Below, piece by piece: positions 29,922-41,904 of a stretch of 64,000 nucleotides of DNA. Source of the DNA: Tubiluchus corallicola (taxonomy: Eukaryota > Animalia > Priapulida); assembly GCA_030141605.1 (NCBI GenBank), contig JAQGDQ010000840.1:1-64000 (forward strand), given 5' to 3'. The position numbers were made by a program, and so were the translations under genes. Under the pieces are notes generated by a model. It was not told the origin of the DNA, ran no database searches, and saw nothing but the letters and a program-made list of their open reading frames with translations. The stretch's first letter is position 1, and the number at the start of each line of letters is the position of its first letter.

Positions 29922-30333
29922 AGTGTAAACAATATAATTCCAAAATCTTACCTGATCCTCAAGACAATAATAGCAGTTTGATATTCCAGCACCCATGACA
30001 ATTCAGCTTCCTATCATAACATGATAATTCCACATTTTTTCCAGTCTAAAGACGTTTTTTTCTATGTCTGTCACACAAACGCACTAACAAAACCGTTCCA
30101 CTCCACACTCTCATCCGATCCGGTACCTGTCCGTCCGGAATTGTCGGATTCAGCAGCAGCAGCAGCAGCAGGTGAACATGATCTAGACAGCTGCCACGTG
30201 GTTTTGTTGGCCTGATTTATAGACTGGTACGGCACGTCTATTTGTCGTTTTCATGAAGGTATCAGTAGCATATTTGTAGCGCTTTGTGTGAGCAACGTAA
30301 CTGAGGTTAAGTGTGACATCTTTGGTATTTTGC

Positions 30334-30345
30334 TGCGCATGCGCA
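30334..30345. promoter_or_regulatory. Perfect NRF1/EWG palindrome TGCGCATGCGCA
   Basis: Exact match; minus-strand TATAAAT at ~30215-30221 and splice donors lie downstream. Confidence 0.4.
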
Positions 30346-30486
30346 GAAATAATAGTGTTTAGCATTCAATTAAATAAATAAATACATTTCAAAATTACAC
30401 GAACATATCAAACATGCAAAAGCTGCAGAAAGTTATTATACAAATTAGCCTACAATGTTGGTAATTTAATTATTACAACAATAAAT

Positions 30487-30812
30487 TTGTTGTTTTTGAT
30501 TTTGTTGCTGTTGTTGTTTTTTTTTTGTTTTTGATTTTGTTGCTGTTGTTGTTTTTGTTGTTGTTGTTGTTGTTGTTGTTGTTTTTGTTGCTGTTGTTGT
30601 TGTTGCTGTTGTTGTTGTTGGTGGTGGTGTTGTTGTTGATGTTGTTGTTGTTGTTGTCGTCGTCGTTGTTGTTGTTGTTATTGCTGTTGCTGCTGCTACT
30701 ACTGTCGTTGTTGTTGTTGTTGTTGTCGTCGTCATCGTCGTCGTCGTCGTTGTTAATTTTGCTGCTGTTGTTGTTGTCGTCGTCGTCATCGTCATCGTCG
30801 TCGTCGTCGTTG
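30487..30812. repeat. (GTT/GTC)n microsatellite
   Basis: Directly visible. Confidence 0.95.
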
Positions 30813-32394
30813 CTATAACTCAACTACTAATTTTTGGAAGCTAAAGTAGCTAAATTAGTCAGGACAGAAATTAAAATTCACAAAAGACGTTTAAAACATT
30901 TAGCTATTTAAATCGTAATAATCATAACATTTGTGAATTATCATTATTTAATATTATTCATTATTTAATTTAAACTTTTTGTTCAACAAAAAAATTTTCT
31001 TTTTGCACTTAATAAGACACACAGCAAGGAAGTACCCAGTACTTGGTGATAACGTGTGGCAGGACTGGATCTTAGCTGTTTTTAAATGCAAATCCTCTGA
31101 CATGAAGTATTGCATCAGCAAAAGTGTTTTGACTATGTTCTATTGCAGGTGCTTCGTCAAAACGAGAAGCAGTAGAGGGCACCTATCTATTTACAGATCG
31201 GATTTGCATTGCCTAATGTCCGTCGTTTAAGAACATGCAAAATCTGTCAAAATCGTTTTGTCAAGCAAAGATTTCTCCGGGTCTACGAGATTGAAAAATG
31301 CTGTTTTACCAAGTTGTTGCACACAGATTTTTTATCAAAATAGGCATAATTTTCTCTCATCTTACTCCGTGTGCGGGCTCACCTACAAAACATTCAGCAG
31401 AAAATACAAGATCTGACCAATAAAAAGCGATTATTTAGTCACGTGTCATCTAATAATTATTTGTTTAGGTTTCTAATTCTACAGTTTGCTTCAGGCTTCA
31501 GTGTGCGGGCGTTTTTTTCAAAATTATTTTGTTTACCTAAATTAAGATTAATAATTAGTCGGTTGCAGATTAAATAGGTTCTTGTACTTGCCAAGCAGAA
31601 TCAACACGAGGACGGTAGCTTCCTGAAATGAGTTGAATCTAAAGATCCGTTCACACTATAAGAACAGTAGAATCACTGCGCACAATCCAATACCAAATAA
31701 AAACCATCAAGAATCACGCGCCACAAAAGTGTAAACTGAAGTAACAACACTTCGATTTCCCCTAAAATACCTACGTCACGTCGTTTCAGTTGGTTGAATC
31801 TGAATTAGGAAGAGGATGAATCCCGGTTTCTGGAAGATCATTCTGCGTCCTCAAAAAGTGGCAGAAGCTGTGGCGTATCCATCTTGAAGTAAACAATATG
31901 GGGTGTTCTCTTGCAACATTTTTCCGAAGTCTCTGAGAACCTTAGTGTGATATGAAATTTTAGGCTATTTTTCAGTTGGAAATAAAACTGTTACTTTGTA
32001 TGAAATAAATTTATAAGTGAGATTACAGTAACAGTTAGTCACTGTAGCCAAGACAGGCAGTGTAACCACCTGATCATTGCTAACTAGCCACGGTGATCGT
32101 AGCGCCGCCACGCGGAGGGTTGTGCTCTCTCTCTAATCCTCGCTGACACGTGCAAAATTAAACAAACACGTATATATACAGTGGAGAGAGTCGAGACGAA
32201 AGACGCACCGATTTCAAAACAAATCAACGGGAATTCGACGAGTAAAACCCGGTCACTGTAACGGAATTATCAGCTGCTGGACTGATGTAGCTGGACGGAT
32301 TCACAAAGATGATCCAAAAAACTCCACAAAGAACAAGAAAAGGGGTATCTGGAGTAGGTTTCAGAAAATCTTCTTAAACTTAACTATGTTACTA

Positions 32395-32697
32395 ACTGTA
32401 AAATATTCCAATGTACACATGACTTTATATTATGTACTAAACGCTTCCAGTAGTTTCTATCTGATATAAAATGCATCATTCTTAAATAATCGTACATTAA
32501 TATTTACTAACCGTCATTTTTTACTAATGTCTAATGTATCACTGTAGTAAAACTTTAGTATACTAAAAACTAAGTATAGTCTATTCTTACTGTAAATGTT
32601 CTTATAAATAGTGTATAAAGTCTGTTGTGGTGAGGATCTTAAATCATGTTGTACAAACCGTCTGATCCAATCCTAAATAAATTATGTTTAAACTAAA
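32395..32697 (+). mobile_element. LINE-tail-like dispersed repeat copy
   Basis: Matches 10770-11070 (reverse strand) and 24065-24322. Confidence 0.65.
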
Positions 32698-35600
32698 TCT
32701 TCTTAAATAATTTTATTACTTTAAAGCAATTTTATGCAAATATCATACTCGCGTGGAAAGGAATTTTTGTTTTCATTTTAAATCTCCTACAATACTGTTA
32801 TATGATGACACCATGCAAACGTAAATCAGGGGAAGAAAAAGCAATGTTAAATTATGTCCCAAAAACTTTCCATGCAAATCTATATTACTTAGTATTTCTC
32901 TTATCTGCTGTTGAGACTTATGTAACTAGAAATAGTAATTTAAAATGTTCGTTCCAATTTAGGGTGCGCCACTCACTAACCAGGAAAAGTAGTTTTAATC
33001 TCATTAACAAGATACAGTAATTTAGAACTTTACTTGGCAAGTAGCAGGTGTGTTAAGAATGCTCTGACTTTTTTTTCAAACTTTACTCAATGATATCAAA
33101 ACTTGTAAACTTGTAGGTTGTTGTAAACGACCTACTATTAAAATTGTTAGGACTAGCGGTCGTCGTGAGAGTTTACATTTACAAGTTTTATACAACATTA
33201 CTGACGACGCAAGCCTGCACGCAAAAAGGCAGATGTAAGAAGTAATAAATTTCAAGACGAATGTGGAGGGTTTTCTTGTGCTATTAAATTTTGCTGTTCT
33301 AAATGTTGGCTAGAAAATTGTCTTAATCTAACTTTCTAACTGTAACTTTTTCATATTAATAAACTTTACTTAATATTTTCTACTAACTTGATCTATTATC
33401 TTAATTTGGCTCACAGACATAATTTATTGTATTAATTAAGTTTGCCTGTGAAAATGAATTTGTCCCATTGTCACTTCTGCCAAAATTAATCAGTTATAGA
33501 TTATTTAGATCTTCCGTCTAGTTTATGTTGTCTACTTTTATGATAATGCAAATTCCAACATATTTTATAAGTGCAAAAACATTTTTCAAACGTTTTTTTT
33601 ACAATGTTATTTACTATAAAATATGTAGCATTGTATACTTTAAAGATTTAATACTTTTATTAAACAAACATAACGTGTCTTGGGGTACTCTCCATTTTGA
33701 CAATTGTAATCAACTGTAAGCCAAAATCTTCAAAAATAATGGCTTGACCATATACTGAAGCAATAAAAAAATCTTTGGAATCATTGTTTAATAAAAGTAT
33801 TAAGTTTTATAATATTATATTGTCCTGTCTTCACACGGTCTACACAGTTTAGGACAAAATAAGTTATGTACTCAGAAATTGTTTCATTTTTTTCTAATTT
33901 GTAACAACGTTATAATTGCGCCTAACTTTGTTTAATGATTTTGAAATTTTTCGTATTATTTCCCATTTGAACGTGTCGTTTTTGGTGTGTTTTCATGAGA
34001 TGAAGTTTTTTCAACTTCGAATTCAAAGTTTCTTTCTCTTTAGTTAAGAAGATATTCTCTCACCGGTTGGAAAATTTCTTGCTATAAACTCTTTGACCAA
34101 TTATTATTTGACCGGTGGTCAATAGCGCATGAAACACTTTGATCCAGACCGTCAAATCACCTCAGTACCTCATTTCTCTTGTTTACTGTTTGGTAATTAG
34201 CTAGAGGGTTCGCCTCCAGCCCATCTGCCTCGGGGAAGAAGTGTCATTGTCTTTCCTTTCTGCTGCGGGTTACAAAGAAGAGATTACAGAAAAGTGTGTG
34301 TAAAACAAACAGCGGGGTAAACCCACCCCCTGGGGTCTTTGTCATCAATTTAGTTAACATCAGAAGTTGGTGTAAATTTACTGTTCTCTGTGAAACGTAG
34401 AACACGTAACTTTTGTGTTCTTTTGACCTTTACACACGAATAAATGTTCTCTGTGAAAATCCATGAATTTTCTTTGCAAAACCTACAGAAGTTTGAGAAA
34501 ATCACTCGAGTTTTATTTCATTCATTGCTTTTTCTAGGACGTGTGTTTTTTTCTGTTTTTCCGTTTAGCTTCATTTCAAAGGAGGCGGCATGTAACATGT
34601 AAAGGGTTTAATAAGAAAGAGGGATCTCTGAGGAGAGTAATTAGACGAGAGTGAGAGTATTGTTAAAACTTTTGTATTAAAAAATATTACCCTTTTGCAA
34701 GTAAAAAGAAAGAAAGAGAGAGAGACATAGAGAGAGAGAGGGAGAGAGAAAGAAAGAGAGAGAGAGAGAGAGAGACAGAGAAAGAGGGAGAGAGAGAGAA
34801 GAGAAGAGCGCGAGAGAGAGATTATTATTGTTTTACAATTATTTATTTAAAATTTAAAATTACACACATGTACAATATTTACAAATATACAATACAGAGA
34901 CCCTCTATTTGTAGGCTATTGTTATCTAACATTTAAAAAACTTTTGTAAGTAAAAAGTAACTGTTACATTCATAAAACTTTAATATACCAATAAATCACG
35001 GATTTCGTTCCTCAAATTAATATAAAAGAACAAATAAAATCAAATAGCGCCAGTTTATGCAAAACCACTTGTATAATCTAATGGTGACTAGAAACAGAAA
35101 AATATGTCTACAAATTTGTGCTGTTACGCAAAGTTTAATATTTTATACTAAAGTTTGCAAAACGGATCACAAACTGAAAGCATCTAGCAGGTGTAAATTT
35201 TACTAATGTTCTGAGATTGTAGGATATTTGCGAGCGCTAATCTTCTATTTTCATCTAAAAGAGGGGGAGACAAAAGTATGCTCATCGCGTTTTTCGACTA
35301 AAGCAACATTTTTACTTGTATTTCCATTTATTTCTTTTTGTGCGCAGCAGAGGGCAGCAGCTTCCAATCTCAAAACTTGTAGTCACTCGAGTGTCGCGTG
35401 TTGTGCAAGAGGTGGCAGCAGTAAACTACTTGAAGTAATTGTATTCACTGAGCAACAGTGATCATTATAAAATGTGTGAAATGCAGAGAGGAATGGAGTA
35501 AAATAAACTTGCGAATATGACAGATTTTGAACTTTAATTTTACAATTTTTTTGAGAAGTTGATCTTTTTAACAAACTGTTATATTCATAAAATTGCTTTC

Positions 35601-36490
35601 TTTACTGTTATGCTTAATGATGAAATAAATATTTTTATTAAATTCTCTACTTCAAATATGACTAGAGATAGAAACGTCTAAAAGATCGGACATTAAGCTG
35701 GATTTGAACCAAAGACCTCGAAATACAAACTCAAATTATCTAATCAGCAAACTACGCTTGTTTCTTGTGATTAAAGCAGGTTTTTAATTTTTTCTAGTGT
35801 TATAGTTTGCTATATATTGCTATATGATAGTGTTATAATATTAAACCAGGTTTTATCCTGGTCACAAGTAACTGAGTGGTCTAAGTGTTTACGTGATCGT
35901 AACTCAAACATTCAATAAAGTGAGAGTGTTTTCTGTAATTCATCAATTATAAACACGTTTCATTTATAAATTTACAACTTATTTACGTAATTGTGGAGTA
36001 GATTCACATTGTAGTTTCACAAGATAAAACAAGGTACCAGAAGAAACTATATAAAAGCAAACAACACTAATTTAGTACCAGCTACAATAAATTTAATAAT
36101 TGTTTAATGTCGTCATTATTACATTGTTATTTTGTTGTTACAAAAACAACATAAGAAATGAATCACACTGAATATTCGCAAAATATTTACAATGTAATAC
36201 AATTAAAAATTTTCTCAAATTCTCAATTTTGTTCATTACTCTAAACATCGATCTAAATTTTACATTAGACTGAGAACTTTCTTACACTATTAATTGTAAT
36301 GTAATAGTGTTCAGTACCGTCAGCCTCTCTATATGCTGTCCACTATATTCTAACATTATTTAAAATCTACCTCAGCAGTACCGGAAATCTACCCCAGCAG
36401 TACAAGAAATCTACTTAAGCAGAAACAGTTGTAATCCTACCGTCTCATAACACATAACAGTGAAGCCATAACTTATTCAATTATTTACAA

Positions 36491-36847
36491 TTATTCTTCT
36501 GAACTTTCTAGTGTTGAATCAGCATCAACAGAGAGCAAGAGCTGAACTACATTCCCGTGCCCATTAATAGATGCCAACCTGAGAGCAGTCTCTCCATAGT
36601 TGTTACTGATGTTAATATCAGCTCCCCTATCTAGTAAGAGCTGAACTAAATTCACGCGCCCTTTAACAGATGCCCGCGTGAGAGCAGTCTCTCCAAGTGA
36701 GTTTCTGAAGTTGCTGTCAGCACCTTCAGTGAGCAACCGCTGGACTTCATGAATGTCTCCATCTCTAGCTGCTCGAAGAAGTTGTCTATTTAATCGAGAT
36801 TCTTCAGTCATGCCTGCTCTTTTAGAACGAAGCGTTTTTAGATCCAT
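36491..36847 (-). CDS. Ankyrin-repeat-only protein (3 repeats), truncated paralog of the adjacent ANK-cGLR
   Basis: TAL..AS..G...V(V)QLLL..GAD.N repeats. N-terminus nearly identical to the 988-aa ORF (EESRLN..L.RAA.DGDIHEVQRLLTEGAD.NFR). Acceptor ttttttattacctatag|G at 36924. The start may be the second ATG (MTEES), homologous to the paralog's start. Confidence 0.75.
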   Translation of the reverse strand: MDLKTLRSKRAGMTEESRLNRQLLRAARDGDIHEVQRLLTEGADSNFRNSLGETALTRASVKGRVNLVQLLLDRGADINISNNYGETALRLASINGHGNVVQLLLSVDADSTLESSEE

Positions 36848-37619
36848 CCGTTCTCAGGTCAGGATAGTGACGTGCTAAGCGCCCAAGTGCAGTGTTTCCT
36901 ACAGGATAAACCTGATAGCGCCACCTATAGGTAATAAAAAAGCAAGAAACCTGTAATAAAACGTAAAATCAACAGAGAAATCAATCAATCAACTCTGAAT
37001 ATTTCACTTTCATTTCACGTCTTTATTTGCATCTTACGCTGATATTACAAAGTTATTAAGATTCACATAGACAAGTTAATCTTCGTACAAACGTGGTTAT
37101 TGTTTCTAGGAGGGAAGCTATTTGTAGCCATGACATTTCTTAAAATTTGTTCTTTGTTGACCCAAAGAGTCACGGGTATTAAGAAACGTCATGACTACAA
37201 ATGGCTACAAGTATCAATTAAACATGTGGGACAGTATGAACACAATGATGTGATATGTATACGTAATCATCCTTATTTGCGACTGTTAAACAATTTCTGA
37301 CCCATTAATAAAAAATTAAAAGAACAATAAATAAAATCTGATCTGACTTCAGTAATGCAATTCGACAATTTGTCTGCAGGTGAACCCAAAACAGGTTTTA
37401 TACGGCATTCCATTTGCAGAAGTACAGGGTGAGTTGAAATTAATGCTACATTTTTGTGAACAGTAAAACACTGAAAGACAGGAAATACAATAAGTAAAAT
37501 AACTGGGTTATGATAGAATTTTGAAATTCTAGGAATACAAAGTTGAAGTTGGGATTTAAATTTAATGCAAGCCATAAATGCAAATAATTTTAAATAAAAA
37601 ATACGATGATGATGATGGT

Positions 37620-38040
<421 letters not shown>

Positions 38041-38294
38041 ATATTAAGAAATAAAGCGTAGTAAATATTAACACAAACTGTATAAAGTTTCAAAAATTGT
38101 CATTTTTGACTATTGTATGTTATTTCCTAGTTTAGAACCAGCGTCAAATTTCAGCAAAATTGTGATAAACAGAGGTGAAAAGGGACGAATTCATCTTTTA
38201 TATGTAAACAATATTATTTACTCTCAGAAAGAATGACTACTAAATCATAAATGACAAGTTTTCAAAGTTTGTTCATTACTTTTTAACAACCTAC

Positions 38295-38370
38295 CAAATG
38301 TAACTTGACAGAGGTGAGAGTGAAAGAAACAGCTCGATCCCGACGAGTAATTCACAACTGACAAAATAAC
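38295..38370 (-). other. Candidate 76-nt exon, duplicate of 43288-43363
   Basis: tgttttttag|G ... TTTG|gtaggt. Confidence 0.5.
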
Positions 38371-38937
38371 CTAAAAAACAAGGGAAAAAATCAAAATTTA
38401 ATCTTGACTCTTCCAAATCACAGCGATTTTTGACAATTTCTGAATTATTTCTAAAATGCAAAAACGTATGATTGGTTAATGCAGCAAATAAAACTTTCTT
38501 TTGAAATCGCAGTTCTCTATTATTCTGGTAATAAACACAATGAAAAGTTTTATTTCAAATTTAAATGCAGCACCAAGCAAATGTCAGTGTCTTAGTATCT
38601 CAGCAGAGGAGAAATTGCGGTGAAGAAGTGGCGTATGATTTTAGATGCACATAGTTAAGCAAGCTGAACTTGAATTGTAACAGATGGGAGACTGTCAAAG
38701 AACTGATTTTTGAAGGCTATGAATCTGACGCTGTCTCAGCAAATTGAATTTAAGAGAATTGTCCTAGATAAAACGTCTTGACAATTATATAAAACCCATT
38801 TTCTAGTGAAAGCTGATTTTAACTTACAGAGTACCAGACAAAGTCACTAGATAAAAATTACACGAAGAATTATAATTGCCGGAAAATACAAAAATTGTCA
38901 GTTTTTGAACTTTTCTTGTGAGTTGTACTTAAGTATC

Positions 38938-41904
38938 TTACCATGACTCATCACTGCTTGACTTATAGCTGCTTGACTCATCGCTGCTTGACTCATCGGT
39001 TTCTTCCAATGAGTTTGTTTCAAGTTTCTTCCAGGCTTTTTCAAATTCGCACATTTTGTATGCTTTATCGGATGCCCGTTCTCCATCCTGTCCTTCTTGC
39101 ACTTTTGTTTGTCTAATTTGCTGATACAAATCATGTATTTGCCTGTCATCAAGAGTAACAACACCTTTCTTTGTCGGCACAGTATTTTCTAGAACATGTC
39201 TTCCTATTGCATCAGCGCATAAACTTGCTAAGTGCAAAAGAGGTACTCCTTCAATTTTCTTTTTTTCATAATCTTCCAAGATGTTGACATTATCCAGCAA
39301 ACATTGTTTCATAAATGCCTCGCTGCAACATTCGGATATGTAACTCAAAATGCTCTGGACACGATCAATTGCATTCTCTTGATTCCACTTATCATCATCA
39401 GACACTTCTGTTACTTCATGAAGAAATGCCGTTTTAACTAGATAAGCATCAATCAGCTTGCTCGGTTTGTACTTCACAATTTCAAACAGCTTTCCAATGT
39501 TGACATCGTCGAAGATGTTATCAATTTTTATTTCATTTAACTTTAACGATTTACCGTAAATTTCTTCTCTGAGTAACGCTTTTGTAAGCTTCAACACTGT
39601 TTTTCTTTCTTCTGACAAGCCTTCTATCAATCTGCTTTCAGCCTGGCTAGTTGACAATGTCCACAAGTACTTGTCAGAATTATGTGACAAAGGCTTACAA
39701 ACAGCGTATATGTGAAATGAAGAGGATTCATCGGATTCAGGCTGTGGCGCATGAGATGACGGTGAGATACTCAGTGTATTGGATTCACTTTCAGAAAGCT
39801 CAACAGCAGGTGAGAAATCCAAAGCTACTGCCAAATCTTTGTAAATCTCTTCTGTTCCAGAGTAAACCATATGAAACGTGATGCAGACCTTGTTGTATTC
39901 GATACGCTCAAGTTTCAGGTTTTCGTCAGTGGTGACTGCAGCTGCCATGGCTTTGCAAGCAATTGGCACAAATTTATCTTTAAGATTATTTGGTAAAAAT
40001 GTGCCATCATTGCATTTCAAGTGTACAAGGCCAGGATTATCAGTTTTCTCAATTGAAACTCCATCACTGAATTTCCTTAAGGTAACTAGGAAGTCGTATT
40101 CATCTGGCAGACCAATTTTCGTGCCACATGAAGAACTTCCTACTAATACAGGAAAACAATCGAACTCCTGATTGATTTCACCAATTTCCTTGCAAGCTGC
40201 ATTTACAACAGAAAGAACTTTTTGCTTGACAACATCATTCTCTGAGCTATTGGGAAGGTTTCCTAAAAAAATTATTTTAAGTATGCTAGTGATTTCCTCA
40301 CATCCTGCTATTTCTTCTTCAGTGGGTGTTTTCTTCGGTATTTCAGGCTCTTTGCGCCACCCAGGTATGTATAATAAACTTAAAAAGTGGCCCACTGTTT
40401 CTTTGTACTCGTCATTTATTGTTATTTTGTTCACTAAGTCTATGTACAGATCAATCGCTGTTTGCCCTTTTTTGTTTGACTTTTTGAGGTCGACTCCATG
40501 CTCCAGCAAACATATTACAATTTCACTTCTGATGCCAATTTGTAAATGTGCAGCTATATGTAACGCAGTGTTACCTTCGTTATCACATGTGCTTACATTA
40601 CTTCCGTGATCCAGCAAAAGTTTAGCGCTCTCAAATTCTTTTTGACAAACAGCATAATGTAAGGCTGTATTGCCAAACTTATCCTTTTTGTTTATAAAAT
40701 CATTGCTAGAGTCAGTAACTCCAGGTAAATGTTCCAGCAAAATGCGTACTGTTCCTGTTGTTTCTGCACTTTCTCCTTTAACTGCAGCTATAAGAGCTGT
40801 TTCTCCATCCTTATCAGCTGCAGTGTAGACAGCATCATGAGAAAGTAATAGTTGTAGAATTTTGTGATGTCCGTGTGCAGCTGCAATCATTAGAGCTGTC
40901 ACACCGTATATGTCACATTGGTCACGATCAGTACTGCCAGCTGACAAAAGACGTTCAACAGCAACTTTGGCATTGTACTTTGCTGCAGCCATGAGAAAAG
41001 TTTGGTCCATGTCTTCATATTTAGATAATTGATGATAATACAGAGAGCGAAAATTGATGACTGCAACTTCTTGCGTTGCAGTACGTGCGGGAGGAATAGC
41101 ATCAAATAAATTGGTTTTACTAAAGCTGACAAACAAGTTTATGGCTTCTTCATCTTTGCGATCAGCAGCAATTAAAGGGGCAGACCACCCATCATCGGAT
41201 GTGGCATTACAGTCAGCACCAGCCAAAAGATTTAATATAGCTGCATAAGAGCCAGCACGTGTAGCAAACATAAGAGGCGTCCATCCATCCTTGCCACTGA
41301 CATTACAGTCAACATCTCTGCTAAGCAGCAATTCAACTATTTGCTGGTTGTTATTTTTAGAGGCAAGTAAAAGAGGAGTCCGTCCATCCTTGTCACTGAT
41401 GTTAGGATCAGCTTCACTTTCTAGTAAGAGCTGAACTACATTCATGTGCCTATTAGCAGATGCCAACATGAGAGCAGTCTCTCCACTGTTGTTGCTGATG
41501 TTAATATCAGCTCCACTATCTAGTAAGAGCTGAACTACATTCAAGTGCCCATCTTCAGATGCCCACATGAGAGCAGTCTCTCCATCGTTGTCACTGATGT
41601 TAATATCAGCTCCACTATCAAGTAAGAGCTGAACTACATTCAAGTGCCCATGAATAGATGCCCGCATGAGAGCAGTCCATCCATCGTTGTTGCTGATGTT
41701 AATATCAGCTCCACTATCTAGTAAAAGCTGAACTACATTCAAGTGCCCATTAAAAGATGCCAACATGAGAGCAGTGTCTCCACTCCAGTCATTTTTTCTG
41801 AAGTTGCAGTCAGCACCTTCAGTGAGCAACCGCTGGACTTCATGAATGTCTCCATCGCTGGCTGCTCGAATAAGTCGACTATTTAATCTAGATTCTTCAG
41901 CCAT
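38938..41904 (-). CDS. Ankyrin-repeat / cGAS-like (Mab-21 family) nucleotidyltransferase fusion (ANK-cGLR)
   Basis: About 13 ankyrin repeats in aa ~8-490. NTase motif LVGSSSCGTKIGLPDEYDFLV (GS-x10-E-h-D) and third acid in LDFSPAV. Mab-21 C-lobe motifs WTLSTSQAESRLI, KTVLKLTKALLRE, AYLVKTAFLH, W...NAIDRV and LLDNVNIL. Good Kozak context GGCATGG with an upstream in-frame TGA; acceptor at 42016. Confidence 0.9.
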   Translation of the reverse strand: MAEESRLNSRLIRAASDGDIHEVQRLLTEGADCNFRKNDWSGDTALMLASFNGHLNVVQLLLDSGADINISNNDGWTALMRASIHGHLNVVQLLLDSGADINISDNDGETALMWASEDGHLNVVQLLLDSGADINISNNSGETALMLASANRHMNVVQLLLESEADPNISDKDGRTPLLLASKNNNQQIVELLLSRDVDCNVSGKDGWTPLMFATRAGSYAAILNLLAGADCNATSDDGWSAPLIAADRKDEEAINLFVSFSKTNLFDAIPPARTATQEVAVINFRSLYYHQLSKYEDMDQTFLMAAAKYNAKVAVERLLSAGSTDRDQCDIYGVTALMIAAAHGHHKILQLLLSHDAVYTAADKDGETALIAAVKGESAETTGTVRILLEHLPGVTDSSNDFINKKDKFGNTALHYAVCQKEFESAKLLLDHGSNVSTCDNEGNTALHIAAHLQIGIRSEIVICLLEHGVDLKKSNKKGQTAIDLYIDLVNKITINDEYKETVGHFLSLLYIPGWRKEPEIPKKTPTEEEIAGCEEITSILKIIFLGNLPNSSENDVVKQKVLSVVNAACKEIGEINQEFDCFPVLVGSSSCGTKIGLPDEYDFLVTLRKFSDGVSIEKTDNPGLVHLKCNDGTFLPNNLKDKFVPIACKAMAAAVTTDENLKLERIEYNKVCITFHMVYSGTEEIYKDLAVALDFSPAVELSESESNTLSISPSSHAPQPESDESSSFHIYAVCKPLSHNSDKYLWTLSTSQAESRLIEGLSEERKTVLKLTKALLREEIYGKSLKLNEIKIDNIFDDVNIGKLFEIVKYKPSKLIDAYLVKTAFLHEVTEVSDDDKWNQENAIDRVQSILSYISECCSEAFMKQCLLDNVNILEDYEKKKIEGVPLLHLASLCADAIGRHVLENTVPTKKGVVTLDDRQIHDLYQQIRQTKVQEGQDGERASDKAYKMCEFEKAWKKLETNSLEETDESSSDESSSYKSSSDESW

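Noticed and set aside
38898-41248. Small ORFs overlapping the cGLR (38898, 39232, 39651, 39878, 40172, 40899, 41054)
   Set aside because: Alternative-frame or antisense shadows of the real CDS.
38938-41904. Bacterial CBASS CD-NTase or endosymbiont ankyrin gene (HGT or contamination)
   Set aside because: It has a metazoan Mab-21 C-lobe, spliceosomal sites, Kozak context and microsatellite-bearing introns, with no operon or Cap genes.
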